Assembly (NCBI GenBank): GCA_041398145.1
Contig: JAWKVF010000007.1
Location: 2,385-66,384 of the forward strand
Length of the DNA stretch: 64,000 bases
From: Parvularculaceae bacterium
GTDB taxonomy: Bacteria > Pseudomonadota > Alphaproteobacteria > Caulobacterales > Parvularculaceae
Direction: 5' to 3'
The notes below the pieces were generated by a model that worked only from the letters and a program-made list of their open reading frames with translations, ran no database searches and had not been told where the DNA came from. Shown in pieces: positions 1-8,686 of the stretch. How positions within the stretch are numbered: position 1 is the stretch's first letter; the number at the start of each line of letters is the position of its first letter. The position numbers and the translations under genes were made by a program.

Positions 1-189
1 CTTAAAGTCGAGAAAACTTTCTTCCGTTATCTGGACACCGCCGCGCAAGATCGAGCCTGCCAATCGGCATCAATTGATAGCCGATTTTGTAAAACCCACT
101 GCGTCGCCAAGCGCGTTGGTGATTGCATCCGCCCGCTCAACCGAGGGCAGGTCGAGTGCGATAATCAGTTTGTCTGCCAGCGACGTCAT
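1..189 (-). CDS. pyrF: Orotidine-5'-phosphate decarboxylase, 5' part only (runs off window edge; apparent frameshifts)
   Basis: ATG at 189 gives MTSLADKLIIALDLPSVERADAITNALGDAVGF. Restoring one T gives YKIGYQLMPIG; further indels precede FLDFK. This is the OMPDC N-terminal pattern (IxALD...GFYKIG...KVFLDxK). Confidence 0.8.
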
Positions 190-1010
190 TGCGTGTTTTT
201 CCTTTGCCGCCTGGCCGGTCGCGCCGGTGGTCTTTTTCTTTGGTTTCACATTGTTCGGCCTGGACGTGCGCAGTTTCGGCGCGCCGGCCATTTTGCGCGC
301 CGGTTTTTTCCCGGTCTTTTTCGCCTTGATTTTGGTCGTTTTCTTCTTCGCCGCCGGCTTCGCCTCTTCGCCGGATTTGTCCTTGTAAAGACAGATATCC
401 GAAATCGTGCAAGCGGGGCAGTCGAGCGTACGCGCCTTGCAGACATAGCGTCCGTGCAGGATCAGCCAGTGATGGGCGTGCTGGCGAAAGTCGTCAGGGG
501 TGATTTTCAAAAGCCCCTTTTCAACCTCCAGCGGGGTCTTGCCGGGGGCGAGGCCGGTGCGGTTCGACACGCGGAATATGTGGGTGTCGACGGCGATGGT
601 CGGCTGGTTGAAGGCGACATTGCAGACCACATTGGCGGTCTTGCGCCCGACGCCGGGCAGGGTTTCCAGCGTCTCGCGCTCGCGCGGCACCTCGCCGTCA
701 TAGTGCTCGATCAGGATTTTCGACAGCGCGATGATGTTTTTCGCCTTGTTGCGCCACAGCCCGATGGTGCGCACATGCTCGCCCAGTTTTTCCTCGCCCA
801 GCCGTAGCATTTTAGCCGGCGTGTCGGCGATCGTGAACAGTTTTGCGGTGGCGCGGTTGACGCCGACATCGGTCGCCTGCGCCGACAGCGCGACCGCCAC
901 CAGCAACGTATAGGGGTTGGTGTAATTCAGTTCGGTCTTCGGCTCCGGCGCGCCTTCGGCAAGGCGCGCGTGAACATCTCGGCGGCGGCGGCGCGGGTCA
1001 GTTTCGGCAT
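186..1010 (-). CDS. nth: Endonuclease III with a 5' frameshift near 965 and a Lys-rich C-terminal tail; true stop uncertain
   Basis: LSAQATD, HhH motif LPGVGRKTANVV, AVDTH, HHWLILHGRYVC and the 4Fe-4S motif CKARTLDCPACTISDIC. The natural N-terminus MPKLTRAAAAEMFTR (ATG 1010) is in another frame from LAEGAPEPKTELNYTNPYTLL. Confidence 0.9.
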
Positions 1011-1133
1011 GGCGCTGAAATTCGGGGTTGCTGGCCTGAGTTTCCCCGCATAGCCGCGTGCGACGTCATGGTCAAAGGTGGGGTAAAGGCGCGGGTTTGC
1101 CGCGCCGGGCGCCGTCGTGCTTATCTCCCGCGC

Positions 1134-1980
1134 ATGTTTGCGATGTTGCGCCGTTCGGCGCGGTCTTTGTGTTGGCCGCCATGCGCGGGCTGGCGGTCGC
1201 TGCCGCGGAAGGATGGGCGTCAGGCGTCCGGATGCCTGGCGCTGGCGTTGTTGTCGGCGTGCGACGCCCGGGCTGCTGGATCTGACGAATTCGACCCCTC
1301 GCTTGCCGCCGCCGCGCAGGCGCTGATCGCGCTCGCGGTGTTCACGCCCGATGATTTCACCGGGGTTAAGGCCGGGTTCTGCACCTTGCGCGCCCATGGC
1401 GGGCCGCCGCCACCACCGCCTGCGCCGAGGACACGATGCTGTTCGACGAGAATGCTCGCGCGCGGACGACCAGCGGCTGCCGCTCGCGGCGACGTTCGCC
1501 CATGAGATGAAAACACCGCGCCCAGCACGCCGGGCTGAGGGCGCGTTACGGCGCTGGACGGCTGCCGCAGCGATCAGTACAGGAGTGATCGTGTGGCGCT
1601 TGAGCGCGAGGCCGACGCATTCGGCGATGCGTCGGCGCGCTGTTGTTCCTGGCCGTGCGGTCGAGATCCGCAATGACTGCGCGGCGGTGATGTCGGTCTA
1701 TCTGAGGCGAAAGGCTTCCGCCTCGGCGACTGCCCATATCGGGCCCGCTGATGTTGCGCCGGGCGCGGCCGGTGCCGACCGGCAAGGCACGCGACGGCGG
1801 GCGCGTTCAAGGTCTATGCGCACGCCGAAAGCGGCGCGCCGGTGTGGGCGGGCGGGCGTTCCGGGCGGCGAGCGATGGATGACGACGGCAAGGCTGTCCC
1901 GGTGCGGTCCTCGATTCGCCGGCGGCGGTGCCTGCATCCGGCCTGTTCGTGCTGCGCTCCTTCCGCCTGCTCCTGATCTG
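1134..1980 (+). pseudogene. Multiply frameshifted ORF, possible zincin-like (HExxH, DUF4157-like) protein
   Basis: Segments in different frames read AVFTPDDFTGVKAGFCTLRAHGG, LAATFAHEMK(+1 A)H and DRVALEREADAFGDA. Ends are uncertain, and the damage may be sequencing error. Confidence 0.35.
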
Positions 1981-2057
1981 ACCGCCGCGTCAAACCGTCT
2001 GTCGCGGCGCGCGCTGGATCATCGGGGGTAATCTGAAACGCCCGGTAATCCGGTTTC

Positions 2058-2167
2058 CTAGAGCATTTTCCGACGAAGTGGGAACCGGTTCGTCGCAAGA
2101 AAAGCGACCCAACAAATAAAGGCCAGAGCAATTCTCAAGGATTCAGATTGAATGCAAATTGCTCTAG
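2058..2167 (+). repeat. ~110-bp two-hairpin intergenic repeat, copy 1 (CIR/Bru-RS/RIME-like)
   Basis: CTAG at both ends; arm 1 encloses AAGTGGGAACCGGTTCGTCG; arm 2 is AGAGCAATT...AATTGCTCT. Near-identical core at 29229-29339. Confidence 0.85.
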
Positions 2168-2316
2168 TGATCGCGCCGGTTTTTGCGAAAACCGGCTCCC
2201 GCTTCTTCGCCTGGCGCTGGGTTATACGCGTCCGACTGACCGGCGTTCGCACGCATGAGGTCGCTTACCGCGTATGAGGGCCATTACGCCGCCGGTCGCC
2301 GCGGGCGGGCTGGTGA

Positions 2317-2811
2317 ATGCCGCTGTCGCCGCATCCCGATGGCGAGGATGGCGCGGCGTTCGACGCTGTGCTGTTTCCCATCGCTCGCTGCCCAATCGGC
2401 TTCTGGGCGGTGATGACGAGTGTCATCGGCGTCAATCTCACCCTCGGAGTGTATTTTTTCATGATCGGCGCCTGGCCGGTGCTGGGGTTTTGCGGGCTCG
2501 ATATTTTCTTTGTCTGGCTCGCCTTCAAGCTCAGCTATCGCCAGGGCCGGCTGCATGAGCGGGTGCTGGTGCGCGACGGCGAAATGCTGGTCTCGCGGGT
2601 TTTGCCGTCGGGGCACGAAACCCGATGGCGGTTACAACCGGCATGGGCGCGGGTGGTGATCGACCGTCCGGGCGATCATGAAAGCCAGGTGCGGGTTGTC
2701 TCAAAGGGGCGCTCGCTGGTGCTTGGCGCTTTCCTGTCGCCGGACGAACGGGTCGAATTCGGCAAGGCGCTGAGCGAGGCGCTTGTCGGCGCCGGCGGCA
2801 TGCGGGGTTAG
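2317..2811 (+). CDS. DUF2244 integral membrane protein
   Basis: GAWPVLGFCGLDI and AFLSPDERVEFGKAL. A short compensated frameshift hides the usual PHRSL motif (HRSLPNR lies in the adjacent frame). Confidence 0.85.
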   Translation: MPLSPHPDGEDGAAFDAVLFPIARCPIGFWAVMTSVIGVNLTLGVYFFMIGAWPVLGFCGLDIFFVWLAFKLSYRQGRLHERVLVRDGEMLVSRVLPSGHETRWRLQPAWARVVIDRPGDHESQVRVVSKGRSLVLGAFLSPDERVEFGKALSEALVGAGGMRG

Positions 2812-2819
2812 CGGGCGAT

Positions 2820-3377
2820 ATGACAGGATTTTTGGTGTGGCTCGTCGTCGCCGTGCTTGCGCTATGCGCGCTTTACTGGCGCTGGGCGATAAAGGTCGAG
2901 GCGGAAATCGCCGAAGGCGCCGGGGTTGAATGGGCGCGTCTTCAAAGCGCCGACCCGGCGCTCATTGAGGGCCTTACCGAGGCGGAGTTTCGCAAAGTCC
3001 ACCGCCGGGTTCATTTTCCCCGCTTTCCTAAATACGCGCTTGCGACAGTCGCCGGGTTCACGCTGGCGCTGCCGTTCGTATTTGCGATTTTAAGCTTTGT
3101 TTACTGGGCGGGCGAGGCGACAGGGGTGCTGGCCAGCCCGTCGGAATTGTCGCAAATGACGCCGATCAGCGGCGCTGCGGTGCTGGCGGCGCAGGAAAGT
3201 CGCGAGGACGTGGCGATGTATCTGGCGCAGAACTTTTTCGGATTCTTCTATTTCTTTGGCATGCTGACGGCGTGGTTGTCGATCGTGGCGGTGGTGATGC
3301 ATCGCTATCACTCCCGGCAACCGGGCTATCTCCGCGACGAGTTGATCCGTGCACGTCTCAAAAAGGAGGGCGAATGA
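2820..3377 (+). CDS. Hypothetical membrane protein (about 3 TM segments)
   Basis: 185-aa ORF 8 nt after DUF2244; its stop overlaps the next ATG (ATGA); hydrophobic segments. Confidence 0.75.
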   Translation: MTGFLVWLVVAVLALCALYWRWAIKVEAEIAEGAGVEWARLQSADPALIEGLTEAEFRKVHRRVHFPRFPKYALATVAGFTLALPFVFAILSFVYWAGEATGVLASPSELSQMTPISGAAVLAAQESREDVAMYLAQNFFGFFYFFGMLTAWLSIVAVVMHRYHSRQPGYLRDELIRARLKKEGE

Positions 3378-3814
3378 GATATCTACACACGATGGTGCGG
3401 GTGCGCGATCTCGATGCGTCTCTCGACTTTTACTGCAACAAGCTCGGTCTCGTCGAGGTTCATCGCGTCGAGAACGACAAGGGCCGGTTTACGCTTGTGT
3501 TCCTCGCTGCGCCCGACGATATCGACCTGGCGCGCGAACGCCAGGCGCCGCTGGTCGAGCTGACCTATAATTGGGATACTGAAGACTATGCCGGGGGTCG
3601 CAATTTCGGCCACCTCGCCTATCGCGTTTCCAATATTTACGAGACCTGCCAGCGGCTGATGGATGGCGGCGTCGTCATCAACCGGCCGCCGCGCGACGGG
3701 CATATGGCGTTTGTCAGATCGCCCGACGGCATTTCCGTCGAGCTGTTGCAGGAGGGCGATGCGCTGGCGCCGCAACAGCCATGGGCTGACATGCAAAACA
3801 CCGGCGTCTGGTAG
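3374..3814 (+). CDS. gloA: VOC family lactoylglutathione lyase (glyoxalase I)
   Basis: [49 protein letters not shown]; GGAGG RBS upstream. Confidence 0.85.
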   Translation: MRYLHTMVRVRDLDASLDFYCNKLGLVEVHRVENDKGRFTLVFLAAPDDIDLARERQAPLVELTYNWDTEDYAGGRNFGHLAYRVSNIYETCQRLMDGGVVINRPPRDGHMAFVRSPDGISVELLQEGDALAPQQPWADMQNTGVW

Positions 3815-3902
3815 GCCGCAGGGCGCAACATGTGAACCATTTGTTAAAACGGCCAGCGGCAAGGTCGGCGCCCCGCGGGCATAATTCTGGCGAGCGCCGA
3901 AA

Positions 3903-4883
3903 ATGGGGGAAAAGGTGACCGAGGCCGTTCTGGAGCTTCACGACGTCGTCAAGCGTTTCGGCGCGTTCGCCGCCGTCGACCGGCTGTCCTTCCGCGTGGC
4001 GCGCGGCGAGATTTTCGGCTTTCTCGGGCCGAACGGGGCCGGCAAGACGACGACGCTGCGGATGATCCTCGACATCATCCAGCCAAGCTCGGGGCGCATC
4101 AGTGTGCTCGGCGCAGCGAATGCGCGCGAGGTGCGTCACCGCATCGGCTATCTGCCCGAAGAGCGCGGCCTTTACCGCAAGATGCGCGCGGCCGAGACTA
4201 TCGCCTATTTTGCGCAATTGCGCGGCGTGCCGGCGGCGGCGGCGAAAGCGCGCGCTTATGAGATGCTTGAGCGTTTCGGGCTCGGCCCTTTCGCGCGGGC
4301 CAAAAATGAATCGCTGTCAAAGGGTATGGCGCAAAAGGTCCAGTTGTTGTCGACCATCGCCCATGATCCCGAACTGCTGATCCTCGACGAGCCGTTCTCC
4401 GGCCTTGACCCGGTCAACCAGGCGACGCTGGAAACGCTGATCGGCGAATTGCGCGAGGCCGGGCGCACCATCATGTTTTCCACCCACACCATGCAGCACG
4501 CGGAACGGTTGTGCGACCGTTTCCTGATCATGAACATGGGCAAAAATCAGTTCGAGGGCACGCTCGACGAAGCGCGCGCCGCCTTCCCGCCGCGCTTTAT
4601 GGTCCGCTCGTCCGCAGCAGCCGGCGCGCTCGGCGCGCTCGCCGGGGTAAAGTCCGTACACGCTGTTGGCGCGCCGAAAGACGGCGAGTGTGATTACCTG
4701 CTCGAACTTGTCGAAGGCGCCGACCCGCAGGCGGCGCTGCGTCAGGCGTTCGACACCGGCCTTTCGTTGTCGCGGTTTGAAAACGCCGGCGCCTCGCTGC
4801 ACGATATTTTCGTCGCCATCGCCTCGGGCGACGACGGCAATGTCGGTCATGGGGACGGTCATGGGGCGGAGGCGGCCGCATGA
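3903..4883 (+). CDS. ABC-2 type transporter ATP-binding protein (NatA/YhaQ-like)
   Basis: Walker A GPNGAGKT, signature LSKGMAQK, LILDEPFSGLDP. Start may be GTG 3915. Confidence 0.92.
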   Translation: MGEKVTEAVLELHDVVKRFGAFAAVDRLSFRVARGEIFGFLGPNGAGKTTTLRMILDIIQPSSGRISVLGAANAREVRHRIGYLPEERGLYRKMRAAETIAYFAQLRGVPAAAAKARAYEMLERFGLGPFARAKNESLSKGMAQKVQLLSTIAHDPELLILDEPFSGLDPVNQATLETLIGELREAGRTIMFSTHTMQHAERLCDRFLIMNMGKNQFEGTLDEARAAFPPRFMVRSSAAAGALGALAGVKSVHAVGAPKDGECDYLLELVEGADPQAALRQAFDTGLSLSRFENAGASLHDIFVAIASGDDGNVGHGDGHGAEAAA

Positions 4884-6394
4884 AAGCCGTCGCCCTGATC
4901 GCCTTGCGGGAATACAAGCAATATGTCCTCTCGCGCGGGTTTTTCCTGTTCCTCCTGATGTTCCCGCTGGCGGTGGTGCTCAGCGGCGCGGCGATCGCGA
5001 TGCTGGAGCGTTCAAAGCCGGTGCGCAGTTTTATAGTTGTCGATCAGGCCGGCGGGTTCGCCGACGCCATCGACCGCGAGATCGTTCTGCGCGAGCGCTT
5101 CGGCGCGCTATACGCGTGGGACGCTTATGCAACCGCGGCGATCGACCCGAAACTTGGTGCGGCGGAAGATCTGCCGGCGCCGTTCGCGCCGGCGCCGGCG
5201 ACCCATGCGCGCTTGCGTGCGGTCGATGCGGCGGGCGGTTACGAGGCCGGGCAGACGACCCTCGCCGCGCTGTTGCGCACCGGCGCGCCGCGTTTTGCCG
5301 CGCCCAAAAGCCAGTTCCTGCGCCTTGCCGCGCTGGACGACGCCGGCAATGCGGCGACGACGGCGGCGGCGGCGGAAATATTGCGGCCCTATCTCATCGG
5401 CCAGGCGGACTATCCCGGCGCCGGCGGCGAGGTGTTCGCCGCGGTGCTTATCCCGGCCGGTTTCGGCGTCGATCCTGACGCCGAGGTTGAATACTGGAGC
5501 CGCAATCTGACCGACCCGGCGCTTGAGAACGTGGTGCAGTCGGCGCTCGACCGCGCGCTGATGCAGCGAATGGCGCAAAGTTACGGGCTTGGCGATGACA
5601 GGCTTGAAGCGTTGTCGGACATCAATGCGACAATGACCGCGTACCGGCCCAACAAGATCGAGGGCGGCGCCGCGCTGGAAGACTCCGACCGCATTCGCAC
5701 CGCGTTCCTGCCGGCGGCGATGACTTATCTCCTGCTGGTGGTGGTTTTCGGCGCTGGCAATCTGTTGCTCACCAACACCATCGAGGAGCGCTCGAACAAG
5801 GTCGTCGAGGTTTTGCTGTCAACCGTCAGCGCCGATCAGTTGATGTACGGAAAATTGCTGGGCGTCGCTGCGGTCGGGCTGACCATGCCGGCGGTGTTCG
5901 TCATCGGCGGCGCGGTTCTGGCGGTGCTCGGTCTCGGCGGCGGCGCGCCGTCAGAGGTGATGAACGCATTGTTCAGCTCCCATCTCTTGTTCATCTATCT
6001 GTTCTATTTCTTCTGCGCCTACCTTATTTTCGCGATGATCTTTCTTGCCATTGGGGCGATTTCAAACTCGTTGCAAGATGCGCAAAGCTATCTTGGTCCG
6101 GTGATGCTGATTGTGTTTGCGCCCTTGCCGTTCATGGTGATGGTGTTCCAGAATCCGAACGGACTGATCGCGACCATCCTGACCTGGATCCCGATCTATA
6201 CCCCTTATGCGGTGATGATGCGCGCCGCCGCCGATCCGCCGGTCGGCGAGATTATCGGCGCAACCTGCCTGATGCTAGCGGTCGCCCTCTTGCTGGCGCG
6301 GGTGATGGGGCGGATCTTTCGTCAGGGAATTTTGCAATCATCGCCGGTCAAGGCGCGCGATCTGTGGCGGCTGGCGAAGTCGGAGCGCGATTAA
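4880..6394 (+). CDS. ABC-2 type transporter permease (NatB/YhaP-like) with large extracytoplasmic domain
   Basis: IEERSNKVVEVLLS, LMYGKLLGV, multiple TM helices; ATGA overlap with the ATPase. Confidence 0.9.
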   Translation: MKAVALIALREYKQYVLSRGFFLFLLMFPLAVVLSGAAIAMLERSKPVRSFIVVDQAGGFADAIDREIVLRERFGALYAWDAYATAAIDPKLGAAEDLPAPFAPAPATHARLRAVDAAGGYEAGQTTLAALLRTGAPRFAAPKSQFLRLAALDDAGNAATTAAAAEILRPYLIGQADYPGAGGEVFAAVLIPAGFGVDPDAEVEYWSRNLTDPALENVVQSALDRALMQRMAQSYGLGDDRLEALSDINATMTAYRPNKIEGGAALEDSDRIRTAFLPAAMTYLLLVVVFGAGNLLLTNTIEERSNKVVEVLLSTVSADQLMYGKLLGVAAVGLTMPAVFVIGGAVLAVLGLGGGAPSEVMNALFSSHLLFIYLFYFFCAYLIFAMIFLAIGAISNSLQDAQSYLGPVMLIVFAPLPFMVMVFQNPNGLIATILTWIPIYTPYAVMMRAAADPPVGEIIGATCLMLAVALLLARVMGRIFRQGILQSSPVKARDLWRLAKSERD

Positions 6395-6603
6395 TTCGCG
6401 CCGGGCTGACGCGCGGCTTTCGCCTTCGCCGGATCGTAGATGAATTTGCGGTCGCAATAGCCGCATTCAGCCTCGCCGTCGTCGAGCGAATACCACACCC
6501 GCGGATGGCCAAGCGCGCCGCCGCCGCCGTCGCAGGCGATGCGGTGCGCGGCGACATAAATCGTCTCAGGCGGGGGCGGGGCGGTTTTTTCGGCGTCGGC
6601 CAT
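6391..6603 (-). CDS. zf-CHCC zinc-finger protein (NDUFS6-like complex I accessory subunit)
   Basis: IACDGGGGALGHPRVW...CGYCDRKF gives the C-H-C-C ligand pattern. Confidence 0.88.
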   Translation of the reverse strand: MADAEKTAPPPPETIYVAAHRIACDGGGGALGHPRVWYSLDDGEAECGYCDRKFIYDPAKAKAARQPGAN

Positions 6604-6794
6604 GTCGTCACTTTCTGTTCGCCGTTTCAATGCCGCCCCTTCGCCCGTTCAGTCAAGGCCGGGCGGCAAGGGCCCATCGTACAGCTCACGCCGTCAAGAC
6701 ATCGTGAAGGCGCTTTTTACCCGGCGCCCTATGATTGACTGGAAGTCGCGGTCATGTGCTATCGACGTTCACCCCCCGCCGAGAGGATTTTCGC

Positions 6795-7781
6795 GTGCCA
6801 GACAAAACCATCGCCATTTCCGCACGGGGTTTGAAAAAGACCTACGCCGCCGCCAAAAGATCGCCGGCGAAAGAGGCGCTGAAAGGGATAGACCTTACCG
6901 TGCGCGCCGGCTCGATTTTCGGCCTTCTGGGCCCCAACGGCGCCGGCAAGTCGACCTTCATCAACATACTCGCCGGGCTGGTGAACAAGACCGCGGGGGA
7001 GGTGAGCGTCTGGGGTTTCGATATCGACAAGCATCCGCGCCAGGTGCGCGCCTCGCTTGGCGTCGTGCCGCAGGAAACGACGATGGACGTTTTCTTCACC
7101 CCGCGCGAGGCGCTTGAGATTCAGGCCGGGCTTTACAGCGTGCCGACATCGGCGCGGCGCACCGATGAAATTCTCACCGCGCTCGGCCTCGCCGACAAGG
7201 CGAACGCCTATGTGCGCCAGTTGTCCGGCGGCATGAAGCGGCGCTTGCTGGTCGCCAAGGCGATGGTGCATCACCCGCCGATCCTGATCCTCGACGAGCC
7301 GACCGCCGGCGTCGACATCGAGCTTAGAAAACAGCTCTGGGACCATGTGCTGAAACTGCACGCGACCGGGGTGACGATCGTGCTGACGACGCATTATCTC
7401 GAAGAGGCGCAGGAGCTGTGCGACGAGATCGGGATCATCCATAATGGCGAGGTTGTCGCCTGCGAGCCGACCGAGAAATTGCTGTCCTCGCTCGATTCCA
7501 AAACCCTGCTGGTGACGCCGGCTACGGTGATGGTGGCGCCGCCGGTGCTTGATCCGTTCACGGCGGAATTGAAACCCGACGGGCGCATCGCCATTCCCTA
7601 TCAGCCTAGCAAGGGCGAAGTGCCGTCAATTCTCGAACGGTTGTCGGCGGCGGGCGTCGCCATCAAGGACCTCACCACCGTTGAGGCTGATCTTGAAGAC
7701 GTGTTCCTTGAGCTGACCTATCACCGCGATTCCTCGCCCTCGTCGATTGGCGACCAGCCGCGGCCCGCCGGCACGCCGTAA
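6795..7781 (+). CDS. ABC transporter ATP-binding protein (YadG-like), no adjacent permease
   Basis: GPNGAGKS, LSGGMKRR, ILDEPTAGVD; GTG start after GAGAGGA. Confidence 0.9.
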   Translation: MPDKTIAISARGLKKTYAAAKRSPAKEALKGIDLTVRAGSIFGLLGPNGAGKSTFINILAGLVNKTAGEVSVWGFDIDKHPRQVRASLGVVPQETTMDVFFTPREALEIQAGLYSVPTSARRTDEILTALGLADKANAYVRQLSGGMKRRLLVAKAMVHHPPILILDEPTAGVDIELRKQLWDHVLKLHATGVTIVLTTHYLEEAQELCDEIGIIHNGEVVACEPTEKLLSSLDSKTLLVTPATVMVAPPVLDPFTAELKPDGRIAIPYQPSKGEVPSILERLSAAGVAIKDLTTVEADLEDVFLELTYHRDSSPSSIGDQPRPAGTP

Positions 7782-8620
7782 GCGGCGTGTTCGCGCAGCG
7801 CTTTCGTCACCGCGACCGGGTCGCCGGCAAGCGCTGTGGCTGAAATCGCCGGGCCGAATTGTATCGCATAGGGCTTGCCCTTCTTGTTCAGCAATTCGTT
7901 GAACAAAGTGATGTCGCGTAATTCGGCGCTCAGTTTCCAGAACCAGTAATACAGCCATGAATTGCGCGCCGTTATATTGGCGGGCACGACGGCGCAGTCA
8001 TATTTCCGCGCGAAAATCGCGACCGAGGTCAGCCATTCGCGTTCGATCAACCGCTTGTCGTCGCCCATGCGCGCGAGACGCCCCGACGGAAACAGGACGA
8101 CGCAGCGCTCGTCTTCGAACGCTCCTTTCGCCATCATCAGGGTCTCGCGGCTTTTGCCGCGCGTGCGTTTGGCCTCGACCCATTCAACCGGAATGATGAC
8201 GTCGGAAAAACGCGGCGTCACCCGCAGGGCGTCGCGATTGGCGAAAAATGCCATGTCGGGCCGGCGCGCCTTCAAGGCGTCATACATGGCGACGCCGTCG
8301 GCGATGCCGGTCGGATGGGTCGAGGCGATCAGGATACGGCCTTTTTCACGGATGTGCTCCAGGCCGGCGACCGCGACGTCGAGCGTCAGAATTTCACTGA
8401 CAAAGGCCATCGCCTGCGCACCCGACATCTCGGCGATGGCGTCGGCCATACGCACGGCCTGGGGTTCTTTCAACAGCGGATAGAGCACGCTGCGATAGAA
8501 CGGCCAAAAAGAAGAGGAGACGAGCCGTTCGGCCCGCTCCTCGATGAGGATTTCAACGATGTGCTTGCCGCGCGCCAGCGCGGCAAGGTCTTGTTCGTCT
8601 CTTGTCCAGCTTTCGCTCAT
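7721..8620 (-). CDS. Lysophospholipid acyltransferase family protein (PlsC-like)
   Basis: HPTGIADG (HxxxxD) and LFPSGRLA motifs. Confidence 0.8.
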   Translation of the reverse strand: MSESWTRDEQDLAALARGKHIVEILIEERAERLVSSSFWPFYRSVLYPLLKEPQAVRMADAIAEMSGAQAMAFVSEILTLDVAVAGLEHIREKGRILIASTHPTGIADGVAMYDALKARRPDMAFFANRDALRVTPRFSDVIIPVEWVEAKRTRGKSRETLMMAKGAFEDERCVVLFPSGRLARMGDDKRLIEREWLTSVAIFARKYDCAVVPANITARNSWLYYWFWKLSAELRDITLFNELLNKKGKPYAIQFGPAISATALAGDPVAVTKALREHAAYGVPAGRGWSPIDEGEESR

Positions 8621-8686
8621 CTGCGTTCATGCTTGCGGCGGGCCCAGCATGAGGCAAACCGGGCGCCGCAGACAATTGCAGATTGA

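Noticed and set aside
70-906. Nth-PyrF fusion protein as a novel bifunctional enzyme
   Set aside because: It lies in the indel-rich first 2.4 kb, an ATGA overlap exists in another frame, and pyrF itself is frameshifted. Most likely an artefact.
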